Source of the DNA: Chloroflexi bacterium RBG_13_51_36
GTDB lineage: Bacteria > Chloroflexota > Dehalococcoidia > GIF9 > AB-539-J10
Direction: 5' to 3'
NCBI GenBank assembly: GCA_001796515.1
Contig: MGMS01000009.1
Span: 28,054 to 92,053, forward strand
Length of the DNA: 64,000 nucleotides
Positions 25,737-37,422 of this stretch are shown in pieces. Below the pieces are notes generated by a model. It saw only the letters and a list, made by a program, of their open reading frames with translations, ran no database searches and was not told the DNA's origin. The translations under genes were made by a program, and so were the position numbers. Within the stretch, counting starts at the first letter, position 1. The number at the start of each line of letters is the position of its first letter.

Positions 25737-26774
25737 ATGGTTAACAAGCCTCATATACGCGAACAGACAGAAGAAAGAGAAGAAAGCCTTTCCCCCTGCG
25801 CCGCCAAGAGCAAGTTCAGTCGCGGCCGGCTGAAGTGGGAAGAACCCTGTCCGATAAGGACTAGTTTCCAACGTGACCGTGACCGTATCATCTACTCCAA
25901 GGCCTTCCGCCGGCTGAAACATAAGACACAGGTTTTCATCGCCCCGATGGGTGACCACTATGTGACCAGGCTCACTCACACTCTGGAGGTATCTCAAATA
26001 GCCAGGACTATAGCTCGGGCTCTAAATCTCAACGAAGACCTGGCCGAGGCCATCGCTCTCGGACATGATTTGGGGCATACTCCTTTCGGTCATATAGGCG
26101 AGGAGGTGTTGAATGGGTTGTATCCTGGTGGCTTCAGGCATAATGAGCAAAGCCTGAGAGTAGTTGATTTACTGGAAAGGGAGGGACATGGGCTGAATCT
26201 CACATGGGAAGTGCGAGATGGTATTCTTAATCATTCCAAGGGACAGGTTGATATCCTGGGAGACGGATGGGGAGATGTTCACACTCTGGAGGGACAAATA
26301 TGCAAGATAGCTGATATCGTGGCCTATGTTAACCACGACGTCGAAGATGCTATTAGAGCCGGTATTATCTCCCAGAAGGATCTGCCCGAGGCGGTAGCAG
26401 CGGGTCTGGGACATACGCATTCACAGCGAATTAATACCCTGGTTTGTGATATCATAAATTGCTCCTGGCCTGTTAGAGGCAATGGCAATTTGACTAATCC
26501 AACCATAGCCATGAGTCCCGAAATCATTGGAGCTACTAACATATTCCGCCAGTTTCTATTTGACAGGGTATACCATCCCAGTTTGGCTGGCGAAGATGCA
26601 GTAAAAGCGAGGCAGGTATTGACTTTGTTATATTCTTACTTTCTAGCGCATGAGGACGGATTGCCTCGGGAATTTGCCTGTTTGCCGGACGATGAAGGGC
26701 GCAAAGTGATTGATTACATTGCAGGGATGACCGACCAATATGCACTGAGACTGGCTGACGAGATATCTCGATGA
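25737..26774 (+). CDS. dgt: dGTP triphosphohydrolase-like HD protein
   Basis: 'FQRDRDRI', 'RLKHKTQV', 'RLTHTLEV', 'HDLGHTPFGH', 'DYIAGMTD'. Confidence 0.93.
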   Translation: MVNKPHIREQTEEREESLSPCAAKSKFSRGRLKWEEPCPIRTSFQRDRDRIIYSKAFRRLKHKTQVFIAPMGDHYVTRLTHTLEVSQIARTIARALNLNEDLAEAIALGHDLGHTPFGHIGEEVLNGLYPGGFRHNEQSLRVVDLLEREGHGLNLTWEVRDGILNHSKGQVDILGDGWGDVHTLEGQICKIADIVAYVNHDVEDAIRAGIISQKDLPEAVAAGLGHTHSQRINTLVCDIINCSWPVRGNGNLTNPTIAMSPEIIGATNIFRQFLFDRVYHPSLAGEDAVKARQVLTLLYSYFLAHEDGLPREFACLPDDEGRKVIDYIAGMTDQYALRLADEISR

Positions 26775-28561
26775 GCAAAATCACAGAGGTAAAACAGAGG
26801 CTAGACATAGTAGAGCTTGTCTCTGAGTACGCTACTCTGCAAAAAGCAGGGCGCAATTTCAAGGGCTTGTGCCCCTTCCACAGCGAGAAGCACGCTTCTT
26901 TTTATGTCTTTCCGGAGCAACAGAGCTGGCATTGCTTTGGCGCGTGTGGGACCGGCGGCGACGTTTTTTCCTTTGTCATGAAGAAGGAGAGCATTGACTT
27001 CGGCCAGGCTCTTCGTCTTCTGGCTCAAAGGAGCGGCATAACTCTAGGCCCTCCGGAGGCGCCAAGCAAGGCTGAGGATGAGAAGAAAGAGAAATTATTT
27101 CAGATTAATGAGGCGGCCACTGAATACTACCGTCACCTGCTTTCGAGCGCCAAGGCAGGGGAGGTAGCAAGAAGCTATCTGGCGAAAAGAAAGGTCATGC
27201 CCGAGACTGTCAAGGAATTCCGCCTCGGTTTCAGTCCAGACGCCTGGGAGACCATCAAGAATTACCTGCTGGGAAGAGGCTACACGGAAAAGGAGCTGGT
27301 AGAAGCCGGTCTAACAGTTGAGAAAGAGGAAGGTGGTAGTTATGACCGATTTCGCAACCGATTGCTGTTTCCCATATGTGATATCCAAGGGCGAGTCACC
27401 GGTTTCGGAGCGAGAGTATTGGATGATTCTCTGCCTAAATATATCAACTCCCCCCAAACGCCAATTTTCGATAAGAGTAGCAGCTTGTATGGCATCGATA
27501 AGGCTAAATCTGCCATCAGAAAGAAAAACCTGATAATAATCGTGGAAGGCTACATGGATGTCCTCACAGCTCACCAGCACGGGTGGCAAAATGTAGTCGG
27601 CTCAATGGGAACTTCTTTAACCGAGAAGCAAGTGGAAGGCATGAAAAGGCTGACCAACAATATAACTCTCGCACTTGATGCCGATCTTGCCGGAGAAGAG
27701 GCTACGTTGCGGGGCAAAGCGATACTGGCCTACTCTAATGCTGAAGCGAACGTCATATTATTACCTCCGGGCAAAGACCCGGACGAAGTGGTAAAAGAGG
27801 AGCCTGCTCTCTGGCAGAAGCTTGTAGAGGAAGCTCTGCCTATTATGGACTTCGCCTTCAAATCCGTGATAAGTAAGGTCGATATGAACAAAGCCAGGGA
27901 CAAGTCTCTGGCTGTACAGAAACTACTGCCATCAATCTATGAGATTAAAGACCCCGTGCAACAATCCCATTACCTGAAGAAACTGGCACGTGAACTAAAA
28001 ATCGAAGAGTCTGCCATAAGAACCGCCTTGCGAGAATCGAAAGTCGGTCCTAAAAAGTCTCAACCTGGCAAACCAGCAGGACAATCTCGCCTTGCCCGCC
28101 AGCTTGTTTCCAGCCCTATTGAAGAACGCTGCCTGGCACTCTTGCTTCAATTCCCGGAGCTCCGTCCCCTGGCACAAGAGCTATCACCAGAACACTTCGA
28201 ATCCACGGAGAATCGGGAGGTCTTTTTGGCATGGCAACATTCCGCAGATGGCTCGAACCTTGAAGGCAAACTTGACACCAGTTTATTAGAACATTTATAT
28301 TACTTGGTTAAAAAAAATTTCCCACCGGCTATACGGGAAAGCGAGCGAACGCGACAGCGTGATTTGGCCCAGTGTATTCGCCGTCTACAGGAGAAGTTGT
28401 GCAGGAGATTAGAGCTTGAGAAAGAGGCGACGCTTGAGATTGAGAGAGAAAAGGGCGGCGTAGGCTCAGAGTTGTCAAAACTAGAGGAACAAGGAATAGA
28501 GTCCGGGCAAAAACTTCAAGAAGTCTTTATCAAGAAAGAAAGAAACCATGGATTCAATTAA
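26771..28561 (+). CDS. dnaG: DNA primase
   Basis: CHC2 zinc finger 'CPFH...HCFGAC', 'KYINSP', TOPRIM 'VEGYMDV', 'KDPD'. Confidence 0.97.
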   Translation: MSKITEVKQRLDIVELVSEYATLQKAGRNFKGLCPFHSEKHASFYVFPEQQSWHCFGACGTGGDVFSFVMKKESIDFGQALRLLAQRSGITLGPPEAPSKAEDEKKEKLFQINEAATEYYRHLLSSAKAGEVARSYLAKRKVMPETVKEFRLGFSPDAWETIKNYLLGRGYTEKELVEAGLTVEKEEGGSYDRFRNRLLFPICDIQGRVTGFGARVLDDSLPKYINSPQTPIFDKSSSLYGIDKAKSAIRKKNLIIIVEGYMDVLTAHQHGWQNVVGSMGTSLTEKQVEGMKRLTNNITLALDADLAGEEATLRGKAILAYSNAEANVILLPPGKDPDEVVKEEPALWQKLVEEALPIMDFAFKSVISKVDMNKARDKSLAVQKLLPSIYEIKDPVQQSHYLKKLARELKIEESAIRTALRESKVGPKKSQPGKPAGQSRLARQLVSSPIEERCLALLLQFPELRPLAQELSPEHFESTENREVFLAWQHSADGSNLEGKLDTSLLEHLYYLVKKNFPPAIRESERTRQRDLAQCIRRLQEKLCRRLELEKEATLEIEREKGGVGSELSKLEEQGIESGQKLQEVFIKKERNHGFN

Positions 28562-30026
28562 GGAAGAACGTATTAACCTGGATGGTGATGAGGTGGTGGC
28601 TGAGGGCCTCCTCAGTGATGAAGCCGAAGTCGAGGATGTCAGCACGTTAGCTGAGGAAGTCGAAGAGAAGGAAGAGGGCGAAGAGTTTCTAGCTGAGGAG
28701 ACTGAAGAAATCAAGCCCCCGGCGCCGTTGGAAGAGCATGAGATAACCGATGACTCGGCCCGGATGTATCTTCAGGAAATCGGCAGAGTGCCACTTCTAA
28801 ATGTTAGTGAAGAGAAGCTGCTATGCCGCAAGATAGAACTGGGCAGGAGCCTGGAGGGAATCGAAGAAAACCATTTCAGAAAATATAAGAAGCTTCCTTC
28901 ACCCGTTGACATAGTCCTTCACGTAATGTCTCAATTAATTAAAGCATACCTCGTTGTTCAGATTGTCGTCGAGCACGTTGGTATAGATCGCTCCAGCAAT
29001 GTAGTGGCGACGATTAAGAATCTTAAATTTCGTTCCGCCATTGATGATGTTATAGACGCATCGTTAATAGAGGCGACTGCTAAGGGCTTGGGCAAGGGAG
29101 CCGATGCAGCCGAGGATGCTATAGTGAATCTGTCCATAAACAGTCAACTTTTGCCGCCGCAGTTGCTAGAGATTTTAGCCAGGGACAAGACTTCATGGCA
29201 AAGGCTGAAAACCATTCATACCAACAACAAGTTCTTATCTCGTATGGAGCCTATTGCCAATGAGTTCAAAGGTTACTTTGGACAGGTGCAGACTGAAGCG
29301 AAGGCATCGGAAAGGCACCTCACTGAGGCAAACCTGCGCCTGGTGGTGAGCATAGCCAAGAAATATATCGGGCATGGAATGCCTCTCCTTGAGCTTATCC
29401 AGGAAGGGAATATTGGCCTTATTCGAGCTGTAGATAAGTTTCAGTACAGGAAAGGCTATAAGTTCAGCACCTATGCAACATGGTGGATCAGGCAAGGCAT
29501 CACCCGATCTATAGCTGACCAATCCCGCGCCATTCGCATTCCCGTACACATGGTAGAGACAATCAACAAGCTGTTACGCACCATGCGGCAGTTAGTTCAA
29601 GAACTCGGACGCGAGCCAAGTTACGAAGAAATTGGCGGCCGCCTGGGTATGTCGCCGGAAAGAGTGGAGGAAGTCATGGCCCTATTCTTCCGTGAGCCCA
29701 TATCGCTGGATATGCCCATTGGCGAGGATGAAGACAGCCGGTTGGGCGACCTTGTTGAAGACCATGCCAGTTTGGCGCCGACTGAAGCCACTTCACAGCA
29801 GCTGCTCAAGGAACAAATAGACAAAGTACTTGGCGAACTTACCGATCGTGAGAAGAAGGTATTGCAGCTCAGATTTGGCCTAAAAGACGGACATGCTCGG
29901 ACCTTGGAGGAGGTGGGCAAAGAATTCAATGTGACTCGAGAAAGGATACGACAGATTGAAGGCAAGGCTCTGCGGAAATTACGTCATCCCACCCGCAGTC
30001 GGAAGCTCAAGGGTTATCTAGACTAG
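28548..30026 (+). CDS. rpoD: Primary sigma factor
   Basis: '[12 protein letters not shown]', '[11 protein letters not shown]', '[18 protein letters not shown]'; follows dnaG. Confidence 0.95.
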   Translation: MDSIKEERINLDGDEVVAEGLLSDEAEVEDVSTLAEEVEEKEEGEEFLAEETEEIKPPAPLEEHEITDDSARMYLQEIGRVPLLNVSEEKLLCRKIELGRSLEGIEENHFRKYKKLPSPVDIVLHVMSQLIKAYLVVQIVVEHVGIDRSSNVVATIKNLKFRSAIDDVIDASLIEATAKGLGKGADAAEDAIVNLSINSQLLPPQLLEILARDKTSWQRLKTIHTNNKFLSRMEPIANEFKGYFGQVQTEAKASERHLTEANLRLVVSIAKKYIGHGMPLLELIQEGNIGLIRAVDKFQYRKGYKFSTYATWWIRQGITRSIADQSRAIRIPVHMVETINKLLRTMRQLVQELGREPSYEEIGGRLGMSPERVEEVMALFFREPISLDMPIGEDEDSRLGDLVEDHASLAPTEATSQQLLKEQIDKVLGELTDREKKVLQLRFGLKDGHARTLEEVGKEFNVTRERIRQIEGKALRKLRHPTRSRKLKGYLD

Positions 30027-30135
30027 ACCAACCTACGGAAATCTGGCAATTTTGATGAGAACCCAGCGGATCTGAAATCAAAGCATTAGAGGCCCCCAAG
30101 AGTCGCAGGACTTTCAGGGTGCTTTTAGAACGGTC

Positions 30136-31476
30136 TTATCTCAAGGGAATATCAAACATAGTCCCCATCTTCTTGGGTAGCTTGCCCCGTGTCAATGACT
30201 TGGTCAATTTCTGTATCTCCCGAAACTGGTTGAGAAGTTGATTGACGTCTTTGGACGTAGTGCCGCTCCCCCGGGCAATACGGCTTCGCCGTTTGCCATC
30301 GATGATGGCTGGATTGCGCCGCTCCTCATAAGTCATGGATAGAATCATAGCCTCTATCTTCTTTAGCTGTTTCTCACCTTGGTCATCCGGCAAATGTGAA
30401 GCCAATTTAGAGAAGCCCGGCATCATTTCCACCAGTCGCCCTAGCGACCCCATCTTGTGGATTTGACGCATTTGACCGAGAAGGTCCTCAAGGTCAAAAT
30501 CCCCGCTACGCATCTTTCCTTCCAGATTCTTGGCCTGTTGCTGATCAAAGGCCGTCTCAGCTCGCTCGATGAGGGTCAGCATATCTCCCATACCCAGAAT
30601 ACGAGATGCTAAACGGTCGGGATGAAATACTTCCAGCGCGTCTATTTTCTCACCCGTGCCCAAGTATTTTATGGGCACCCCGGTGACAAATCTTATAGAG
30701 AGAGCAGCCCCGCCTCGAGCATCTCCGTCCATCTTCGTCAGAATAAGTCCTGTGAGCCCGATGCGGCTATGGAATTCCTCAGCGACTCTTACGGCATCCT
30801 GCCCAATCATGGCATCTACCGTGAGTAATACTTCTGAAGGCTGTACCAAGGATTTAATGTCAACCAATTCCTGCATTAGGGCTTCATCGATATGCAGACG
30901 ACCCTGAGTATCTACTATGACCCAGTTCGCCTCTTTTTCTCTGGCCTGCTTCAGAGCGTGCTGGCAAATTGCCGTTGCTGTTGCGCCACCATCTTCACTG
31001 TATACCGGGATATCGTTTCGCTCACCCAGCAATTTGAGTTGTTCAATAGCAGCAGGTCGGCGAGTATCGGCAGCTACCAACAGCGGCCGCTGTCCTTGAT
31101 GTTTAAGGTGAACGGCTAACTTGACCGCGGTGATGGTCTTACCAGAGCCCTGCAATCCTACCAGCAGAGCGACCGCTGGCAAACCAGTAAGCGAAGCTAA
31201 ACGGCTAGCCTCTCCACCAAGGATAGCGATCAACTCTTCGTTGACAATCTTGATGATCTGCTGTGCCGGTGTCAGACTGCGCAATACTTCAGAGCCAAGA
31301 GCACGCTCTCGCACCTTGGTCAAGAACTGCTTGACCACCCTGAAATTCACGTCCGCTTCCAAAAGCGCCAGCCGTACCTGACGCAGCGCATCGTCAACGT
31401 CCCCTTCGCTGAGCTTGCCTTTCCTGCCAAGCTTATCAAATACAGCGGTCAATTTCTGGGTCAAAACTTCAAGCAT
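30136..31476 (-). CDS. ffh: Signal recognition particle protein
   Basis: 'ALLEADV', 'GLQGSGKT', 'DT.GRL', 'TKMDGDARGG', M domain 'RIARGSG'. Confidence 0.96.
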   Translation of the reverse strand: MLEVLTQKLTAVFDKLGRKGKLSEGDVDDALRQVRLALLEADVNFRVVKQFLTKVRERALGSEVLRSLTPAQQIIKIVNEELIAILGGEASRLASLTGLPAVALLVGLQGSGKTITAVKLAVHLKHQGQRPLLVAADTRRPAAIEQLKLLGERNDIPVYSEDGGATATAICQHALKQAREKEANWVIVDTQGRLHIDEALMQELVDIKSLVQPSEVLLTVDAMIGQDAVRVAEEFHSRIGLTGLILTKMDGDARGGAALSIRFVTGVPIKYLGTGEKIDALEVFHPDRLASRILGMGDMLTLIERAETAFDQQQAKNLEGKMRSGDFDLEDLLGQMRQIHKMGSLGRLVEMMPGFSKLASHLPDDQGEKQLKKIEAMILSMTYEERRNPAIIDGKRRSRIARGSGTTSKDVNQLLNQFREIQKLTKSLTRGKLPKKMGTMFDIPLR

Positions 31477-31605
31477 GCTACCCCTGAACTATTCTATTCT
31501 TAGCTGAATCCCGCAGTCAACTCATCTCGCCACGTCCGGAATTCTTCGTCTCAGACCAAGGATCCTATTGCACTTAGCCCGGAATCAGCATACTATATAG
31601 ATTTG

Positions 31606-32079
31606 ATGGAACATCTTTGGGCGCCATGGCGGGTAGAATATATACATAGCGCCGCGGACAGCCGCTGCATTTTGTGTCAAAAACCGAGGGAAAGCAACGA
31701 CGAAGCAAACTGCATTCTTTATCGTGGTCAACACAATTTCATAATCCTGAACGCCTTTCCCTATAATCCAGGGCACTTGATGATCGCTCCTTATCGGCAT
31801 ATAGCAGGTTTGCAGGACTTGACAGATGAGGAAGCAAAGGAACATTTCGACGTTGTCAAGAAAGGCTTAGAGCTTCTAAAGGAGGTAATGAATCCCACGG
31901 GGTTCAATATCGGCTTGAATATGGGCAAAGTCGCTGGAGCCGGAATAGCGGAGCATATGCATACTCACATAGTGCCGAGGTGGCAAGGCGACACCAATTT
32001 CATGCCGGTGTTATCTGATACGAAAGTCGTATCGGAAGCTGTAAGTAGCACATACAGCAAGCTCAAGGCGAAGTTGTAG
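31606..32079 (+). CDS. HIT family hydrolase
   Basis: 'LWAPWR', 'N.FPYNPGH', 'HMHTHIVPRW.GD.NFM'. Confidence 0.92.
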   Translation: MEHLWAPWRVEYIHSAADSRCILCQKPRESNDEANCILYRGQHNFIILNAFPYNPGHLMIAPYRHIAGLQDLTDEEAKEHFDVVKKGLELLKEVMNPTGFNIGLNMGKVAGAGIAEHMHTHIVPRWQGDTNFMPVLSDTKVVSEAVSSTYSKLKAKL

Positions 32080-32159
32080 CATAGCTGCCGGATTCTATTG
32101 AGACCGTTCAGTTACTCTCGTCGTAGTCAGAACGATAGCCAGATATAAAGGGGTTCGTC

Positions 32160-33299
32160 GTGTATTTCATCATTCTCCTGGGGATTGTCAGCCTATTCGG
32201 AGATATAACCTATGAAGGGGCCAGGAGTGTCACGGGGCCCTATCTCGCTACACTGGGGGCAAGTGCCGGTGTCGTCGGTTTGGTGGCTGGCGTCGGCGAA
32301 TTCGTGGGCTATGCTCTACGCCTGGCCTCTGGCCACCTGGCCGATCGCACCAAGGCATACTGGCTTCTGACCTTTATTGGATATGGACTGCTCTTGTCCA
32401 TTCCCTTGCTGGCATTTACTGGTCATTGGCAGCTTGCCGCTGTGCTTATCATTTTGGAGCGAATCGGGAAAGCGATAAGAAGTCCAGCGAGGGACACGAT
32501 GCTTTCTTATGGTGCAAAAGAGGTGGGGAGGGGCTGGGGGTTTGCGGTTCACGAGGCATTAGACCAGATTGGGGCTGTCACTGGCCCTATCTTCTTTTCC
32601 CTTGTCTTCTTTTTCCACGGTGGCTATGGTGAAGGCTTCACTCTGTTGTGGATACCCGCTTCGCTGACTATGGTCGTTCTGGCCATAGCCAGAAAGAAAG
32701 TCCCTTTACCGCAGAGACTCGAGCCTCCAGAGGAAGCGGGCAGACAAGACATTCAGGGCAAGCTTCCGCGAGTTTTCTGGCTCTATACTGTGTTCACTCT
32801 GTTTTCGATAGCCGGATTTGCTCATTTCCAGATAATTTCCTATCATCTGAAAGTCCAGTCCATTGTCCCGGATACTCAAATTCCCTTGATTTACGCCATT
32901 GCTATGGGTGTGGACGCCGTGGCAGCTCTTCTCGCGGGCAAAACGTACGATAGAGCGGGGCTTATGTCATTGTTGGCGGTGCCATTGTTAGCTGTGCCCA
33001 TCCCCTTCCTTGTTTTTTCCCATAGCTATACTCTGGTGATAGTTGGCATGGCATTATGGGGTGCGGTGATGGGAATCCAGGAGACGATTATGCGTGCCGC
33101 TATCGCCGACCTAACGCCTGTGGAGAGAAGAGGGTTTGCCTATGGGATCTTCAATACGGCATATGGAGCATCATGGTTTCTAGGGGCTGCCCTGATGGGG
33201 CAGCTCTATGAGCTTTCCATTTACTACTTAGTCTTGTTTGCCGTTGTCATGGAGCTAGTATCGATTCCGCTGCTTTTCGCGGTCAGAAGAGCAACCTAA
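32160..33299 (+). CDS. MFS transporter
   Basis: About 12 hydrophobic segments; 'G.LADRT', 'ERIGKAIRSPARD'. Confidence 0.88.
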   Translation: MYFIILLGIVSLFGDITYEGARSVTGPYLATLGASAGVVGLVAGVGEFVGYALRLASGHLADRTKAYWLLTFIGYGLLLSIPLLAFTGHWQLAAVLIILERIGKAIRSPARDTMLSYGAKEVGRGWGFAVHEALDQIGAVTGPIFFSLVFFFHGGYGEGFTLLWIPASLTMVVLAIARKKVPLPQRLEPPEEAGRQDIQGKLPRVFWLYTVFTLFSIAGFAHFQIISYHLKVQSIVPDTQIPLIYAIAMGVDAVAALLAGKTYDRAGLMSLLAVPLLAVPIPFLVFSHSYTLVIVGMALWGAVMGIQETIMRAAIADLTPVERRGFAYGIFNTAYGASWFLGAALMGQLYELSIYYLVLFAVVMELVSIPLLFAVRRAT

Positions 33300-33451
33300 C
33301 GATTGCCACGTCTAGTCGCAGGGCATCGCGAGTACAAGAGACGGGGCTCGCCCAGACTATCTCTCGAGATTGCCGCGCAGAGTTCACTCTGAGTGAAGGT
33401 AAGTTGTTCGCTTAGCTCAGGATGACAGAGAGCGAAGTGCTTCGCAATGAC
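33300..33451. repeat. Cluster of nested REP-like palindromes between convergent genes
   Basis: GATTGCC(A/G)CG twice, TTCACTCTGAGTGAA, GCTCAGGATGACA, GCGAAGTGCTTCGC-AATGAC. Confidence 0.5.
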
Positions 33452-33472
33452 GATTCGAGTTGCCAGATCACT

Positions 33473-34288
33473 TCAGGCGGCTTGGGGGTAGGAGCCGAGT
33501 ATCTTAATGAAAGTAGTCTCTCTCTGTAATTCTGTCATGGCTTCTTGGCAAACCTCGCCATCTATATGACCCTCGAAATCAGCATAAAAAACGTATTCCC
33601 ACGGCTTCCTGCGGCTTGGTCTGGACTCCAATTTTGTCAAATTTATGTTCCTCGTGGCGAAGATACCCAGAATCCTGTATAGGGAGCCAGGCTTATGTTC
33701 AGTGGCAAAGACGAGAGAGGTTTTGTTTCTCTGCGCAGGTTTAGCTTTCTGCTTCGAGATAGCCACGAATTTGGTGTAGTTACTGGCACTCGTCTCAATC
33801 TCAGGTGCCAGGATTTCCAGTCCATAAATATCGGCGGCTCTTTTGCTGGCTATGGCAGCGCAATTCTTCAACTTTTTCTCTTTTATCATTTTGGCACTGC
33901 CCGCCGTATCATAGACGGGCATAGTTTCGACATTTACCTTACCTAGAAATCTCTCACATTGAGCCAGGGCTTGGGGATGAGAGTAGATCGTTGTTATATC
34001 CGCTAATTTCTGCCCCGGCAAAGCCATCAGACAATGGCTTACTCTGAGAATGACTTCAGAAAATATATTCAGAGGGTATGCCAGTAACAAATCGTACGTC
34101 TCGTTGATACTGCCGGCTTGAGAATTCTCCAGGGGGACTACCCCGAATTCAACCCTGTCCTTCGATACAAGTTCGAAAACCTCTTTCAGCCGGATACACG
34201 GCGAGAAATCAATGCTGCTGCCAAAAAGCTTCGCCGCAGCGTCCTCGCTGAAAGCGCCTCTTTCCCCTTGAAAAGCAACCTTGACCAT
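33473..34288 (-). CDS. pheA: Prephenate dehydratase
   Basis: 'QGERGAFSE', 'PLENS..GS', 'SHPQALAQC', ACT domain 'NLTKLESRP'. Confidence 0.95.
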   Translation of the reverse strand: MVKVAFQGERGAFSEDAAAKLFGSSIDFSPCIRLKEVFELVSKDRVEFGVVPLENSQAGSINETYDLLLAYPLNIFSEVILRVSHCLMALPGQKLADITTIYSHPQALAQCERFLGKVNVETMPVYDTAGSAKMIKEKKLKNCAAIASKRAADIYGLEILAPEIETSASNYTKFVAISKQKAKPAQRNKTSLVFATEHKPGSLYRILGIFATRNINLTKLESRPSRRKPWEYVFYADFEGHIDGEVCQEAMTELQRETTFIKILGSYPQAA

Positions 34289-34342
34289 GAGTCTATGACG
34301 AAGTATAGCTTAAACCTGCTTTGAGCTTCCAGTGTAGCCTGA

Positions 34343-35767
34343 TTAGCCCTTCCAGAAGCGCGGGGAGAATATCATGAAAACGGTAAACAGCTCCAACCGC
34401 CCCAGCCACATACAGAAGATCAAGATAACCTTGGCTGCACTGGGCAGCCAGGCAAAATTCGCAGCAGGACCTACTGCCCCCAGCCCGGGGCCACAGTTTG
34501 CCTGACAAGTCGCTACCGCCGAGAGCGACGTTTCTAAATCAAGTCCCAGGAAACAAAGCACTATTGAAGCTATAACTGCGACAAGAATATAGAGGAAGAA
34601 GAACGAGATCACATCTCTCATTACTCCCTCGGAGAGAGGCTTCCGGTTATATTTCACCGGAATCACAGCGTTAGGTGAAATAGCCTTTCTCATCATTACT
34701 CTCGCATATTTCAGTAGGGCTAAAATCCGCGCCACTTTTATTGCTCCCCCAGTAGAGCCACCACACGCTCCAATGAACATCAATGCCAGAAGCACGGCTC
34801 TGGTGCCGAAGTGCCAGGAGGCGAAATCGGCGGTGGCAAACCCGGTGCAAGTCATGATGGAGACTGCCTGAAAAAGCCCGTCCCTACATGAACTGAGACC
34901 CTGGGAAGCAACCAACACCAACGTAGCCACTAATAGGAGAACTGTGTAAAGTCTGAATTCTTCATCTTTAAGGATTCTGAAATTTCCTCTAAAGAATTGA
35001 TAATGAATGGCGAAGTTTGTGCCGCCAAGGAACATGAAGACTATGATGATATATTCCGCTAGGGGACTAGCGTAGGCCGCAATACTTGCCGTGGTAGGGG
35101 TAAACCCGCCCGTGGAAAGAGTCGTAAAAGAGACGCAAATCGAGTCGAAGAGCGGAAGCCTGGCCAGGAAATACAGGAGCGCTATTTGAGCGGCGGTAAA
35201 ACCTACGTAGATTGTCCACAGGAGCCTGGCTGTGGTGGTGAATCGGGGACGAAGCCTGTCAGGCATAGGACCAGTGGTCTCAAATTCAAAGAGCTGGGAA
35301 CCTCCTACGCCCAATTTGGGCAAGATAGCAATAAAGAGAATAATCACACCCATTCCACCCAGCCATTGAGTGAGGCTACGCCACAAGAGCGCGCTCTTGG
35401 GTAACGCTTCCACCACCGTCAATATGGAGGCTCCGGTGGTGGTGAAGCCAGACATGGCCTCGAAAAAGGCATCCAGAAAACCTAGCCCCAAGAATACATA
35501 GGGGAGCGTGCCAAAGAGGGAGATGAAAAGCCATGTGAAAGCTACTATGCTAAAGCCATCGGCACGCTCTATTTCCCTCGCGGTTTTGAATCCGAATTGA
35601 AGAATTAGCCCGACGCCGAGAGTGAGCAGCAGAGCATACAGGTAGATACGCCACCCCTCCTCGCCATAGTAAAGAGCTACACATAAGGGGAAAATGTAGG
35701 CTAAGGCGAAGTACTTTAGAAGTGAGCCAGTGATGTGTAGGGTTAGACTTACCCTTTGGCGAACCAT
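34343..35767 (-). CDS. trkH: Trk potassium uptake membrane subunit
   Basis: 'FEAMSGFTTTG', 'QWLGGMG', 'STGGF', 'GSTGGAIK', 'GRLE'. Confidence 0.93.
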   Translation of the reverse strand: MVRQRVSLTLHITGSLLKYFALAYIFPLCVALYYGEEGWRIYLYALLLTLGVGLILQFGFKTAREIERADGFSIVAFTWLFISLFGTLPYVFLGLGFLDAFFEAMSGFTTTGASILTVVEALPKSALLWRSLTQWLGGMGVIILFIAILPKLGVGGSQLFEFETTGPMPDRLRPRFTTTARLLWTIYVGFTAAQIALLYFLARLPLFDSICVSFTTLSTGGFTPTTASIAAYASPLAEYIIIVFMFLGGTNFAIHYQFFRGNFRILKDEEFRLYTVLLLVATLVLVASQGLSSCRDGLFQAVSIMTCTGFATADFASWHFGTRAVLLALMFIGACGGSTGGAIKVARILALLKYARVMMRKAISPNAVIPVKYNRKPLSEGVMRDVISFFFLYILVAVIASIVLCFLGLDLETSLSAVATCQANCGPGLGAVGPAANFAWLPSAAKVILIFCMWLGRLELFTVFMIFSPRFWKG

Positions 35768-36405
35768 TTATTCATGAACTCGGTCCCGCGTTTGGTAACT
35801 TCCCGATTCACAATGAGAGTCAGCCAGTCTTTCGGCCGCATCTCCTTGTCCTCATCCAGATATTTTTCCACTCTCTGTACCACGAGGACCTTCACACCGA
35901 TTGGAGCTGCTAACTCGGACACGCTCCGCCCGACACACTTCATGCCCTCCTCAATCTCTATTTCGAAGATCTCCGCCCTTTCGAAAGAGAGAAAGTCCTT
36001 GACATAAGGGTGTGAAATCAGGCGGTGGATGTGCCTGGCTGCTACTATGTCCGGGTTGACCTGTAGGTTAATTCCAGCCTGCCTGAAGGTTTCCGTATGC
36101 TCTGCTTCATCCACAAGAGAAATCACCGTTTTTACCCCCATATCCTTGGCCATCATGCAAATCATCAAGTTTTCCGAATCGTCACCAGCTGCAGCCACAA
36201 AGGCATGGGCGCTCCTCACTCTCGCCTCTTCGAGGGTAGACTTCTGACTGGCGTCTCCTGTGATCGCTACAACCTCAGAGTTTTCTGCTATCGCTGTGCA
36301 TCTGGCGGGGTCCCGGTCTATAACCAGTACCTCATTCCCTTCTTTGGCAAGGAGCTCTGCCAAATTCTTCCCAATATCACTTAGGCCTGCTACTACGATA
36401 TACAT
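35749..36405 (-). CDS. trkA: TrkA family RCK regulatory subunit
   Basis: Rossmann-like N-terminus, 'GDA...L..A', 'D..N...C'; adjacent to trkH. Confidence 0.85.
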   Translation of the reverse strand: MYIVVAGLSDIGKNLAELLAKEGNEVLVIDRDPARCTAIAENSEVVAITGDASQKSTLEEARVRSAHAFVAAAGDDSENLMICMMAKDMGVKTVISLVDEAEHTETFRQAGINLQVNPDIVAARHIHRLISHPYVKDFLSFERAEIFEIEIEEGMKCVGRSVSELAAPIGVKVLVVQRVEKYLDEDKEMRPKDWLTLIVNREVTKRGTEFMNKWFAKG

Positions 36406-36615
36406 TGCTTATCTTTGATAGCCAGTCAACTTTGCCATACTTTCAATGAACTGCAGAACTGATACTGAATAGAAGGAGCTTCGAATCAAGAAGCAAACAG
36501 ACTTGAAGACTGACCTAGAATGCTGGCCACACTCCATTCGCATACTTCAATGTTTCACAGCTTTCAAGCATCGAGCGATTTTACCCCCCACCAACATGCT
36601 TGTCAAGTACTGAGT

Positions 36616-37422
36616 TCACCGGGCAGGGATTTCCTTTCTCAACTCTGCTAGCCAGGTCAGTGACTTAAGCTCTCGCTGCAAAATGTATCTTATGTACTGC
36701 TGAAGTACCTGCTCCAGCTCGCTGGACAATTCCGGTTTCACTCTAACTCGCGTTGCCGTGGCATAGTCACAGCTTTGCCACAGACGAAGAACCTTCAAGG
36801 CCCCGACCGAAACGGGAAGATGGGGTGCTAGTGAAGTTGGTTCGTTTTGCTCGTAACGGTCAGCTTCTTCGGCACCACAATCAGGGCACAAGAACCCCCC
36901 CTTGCCGGGGCTGAAGAAATTGACTACTGGCTTGAGGGACGAATCGCAGTTAACACAACGGCGCAACTGTGGACGATAGCCGAGGTGGTGGAGAAGATGT
37001 AGCTCAAAATAACGCAGCACGGTCTCATTGCTACGCTGCTCGCTTAACTGGTTTAAGATGTCCAGCAACAAGTCAAACAAAGGACGACTTTCGCCCCCTT
37101 CAACAGTGAAGGAATCAATAAGCTCCAGGATGTAGAACCCACAAGCCATCCGCCATAAATCGCTTTTCAAAGCCAGGAAACCATTTATCGTTTGGCTTTG
37201 GGTAATAATGTCGAGATTACGTCCTTTGGCCAGCAGCATCAAGCTGTATGTCAGAGGTTCCACGTTGCCACCCAGTTTGCTCCCGGGACGGCAGGCTCCT
37301 TTGGCTACCGCCTTCAACTTGCCAAACTCTGGGGTATAGATAGTGACAATCTTGTCGGCTTCGCCCAGCTTGATTTGTTTCAAGATGATGCCTTGTGTTT
37401 GATAATTCCGAGACGCGCCCAC
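36616..37422 (-). CDS. recO: DNA repair protein RecO (start uncertain)
   Basis: 'GEADKIV..YT...GK...VAKG', 'FEL.LL..LGY.P.L..C..C', 'C..C'. Confidence 0.9.
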   Translation of the reverse strand: MGASRNYQTQGIILKQIKLGEADKIVTIYTPEFGKLKAVAKGACRPGSKLGGNVEPLTYSLMLLAKGRNLDIITQSQTINGFLALKSDLWRMACGFYILELIDSFTVEGGESRPLFDLLLDILNQLSEQRSNETVLRYFELHLLHHLGYRPQLRRCVNCDSSLKPVVNFFSPGKGGFLCPDCGAEEADRYEQNEPTSLAPHLPVSVGALKVLRLWQSCDYATATRVRVKPELSSELEQVLQQYIRYILQRELKSLTWLAELRKEIPAR

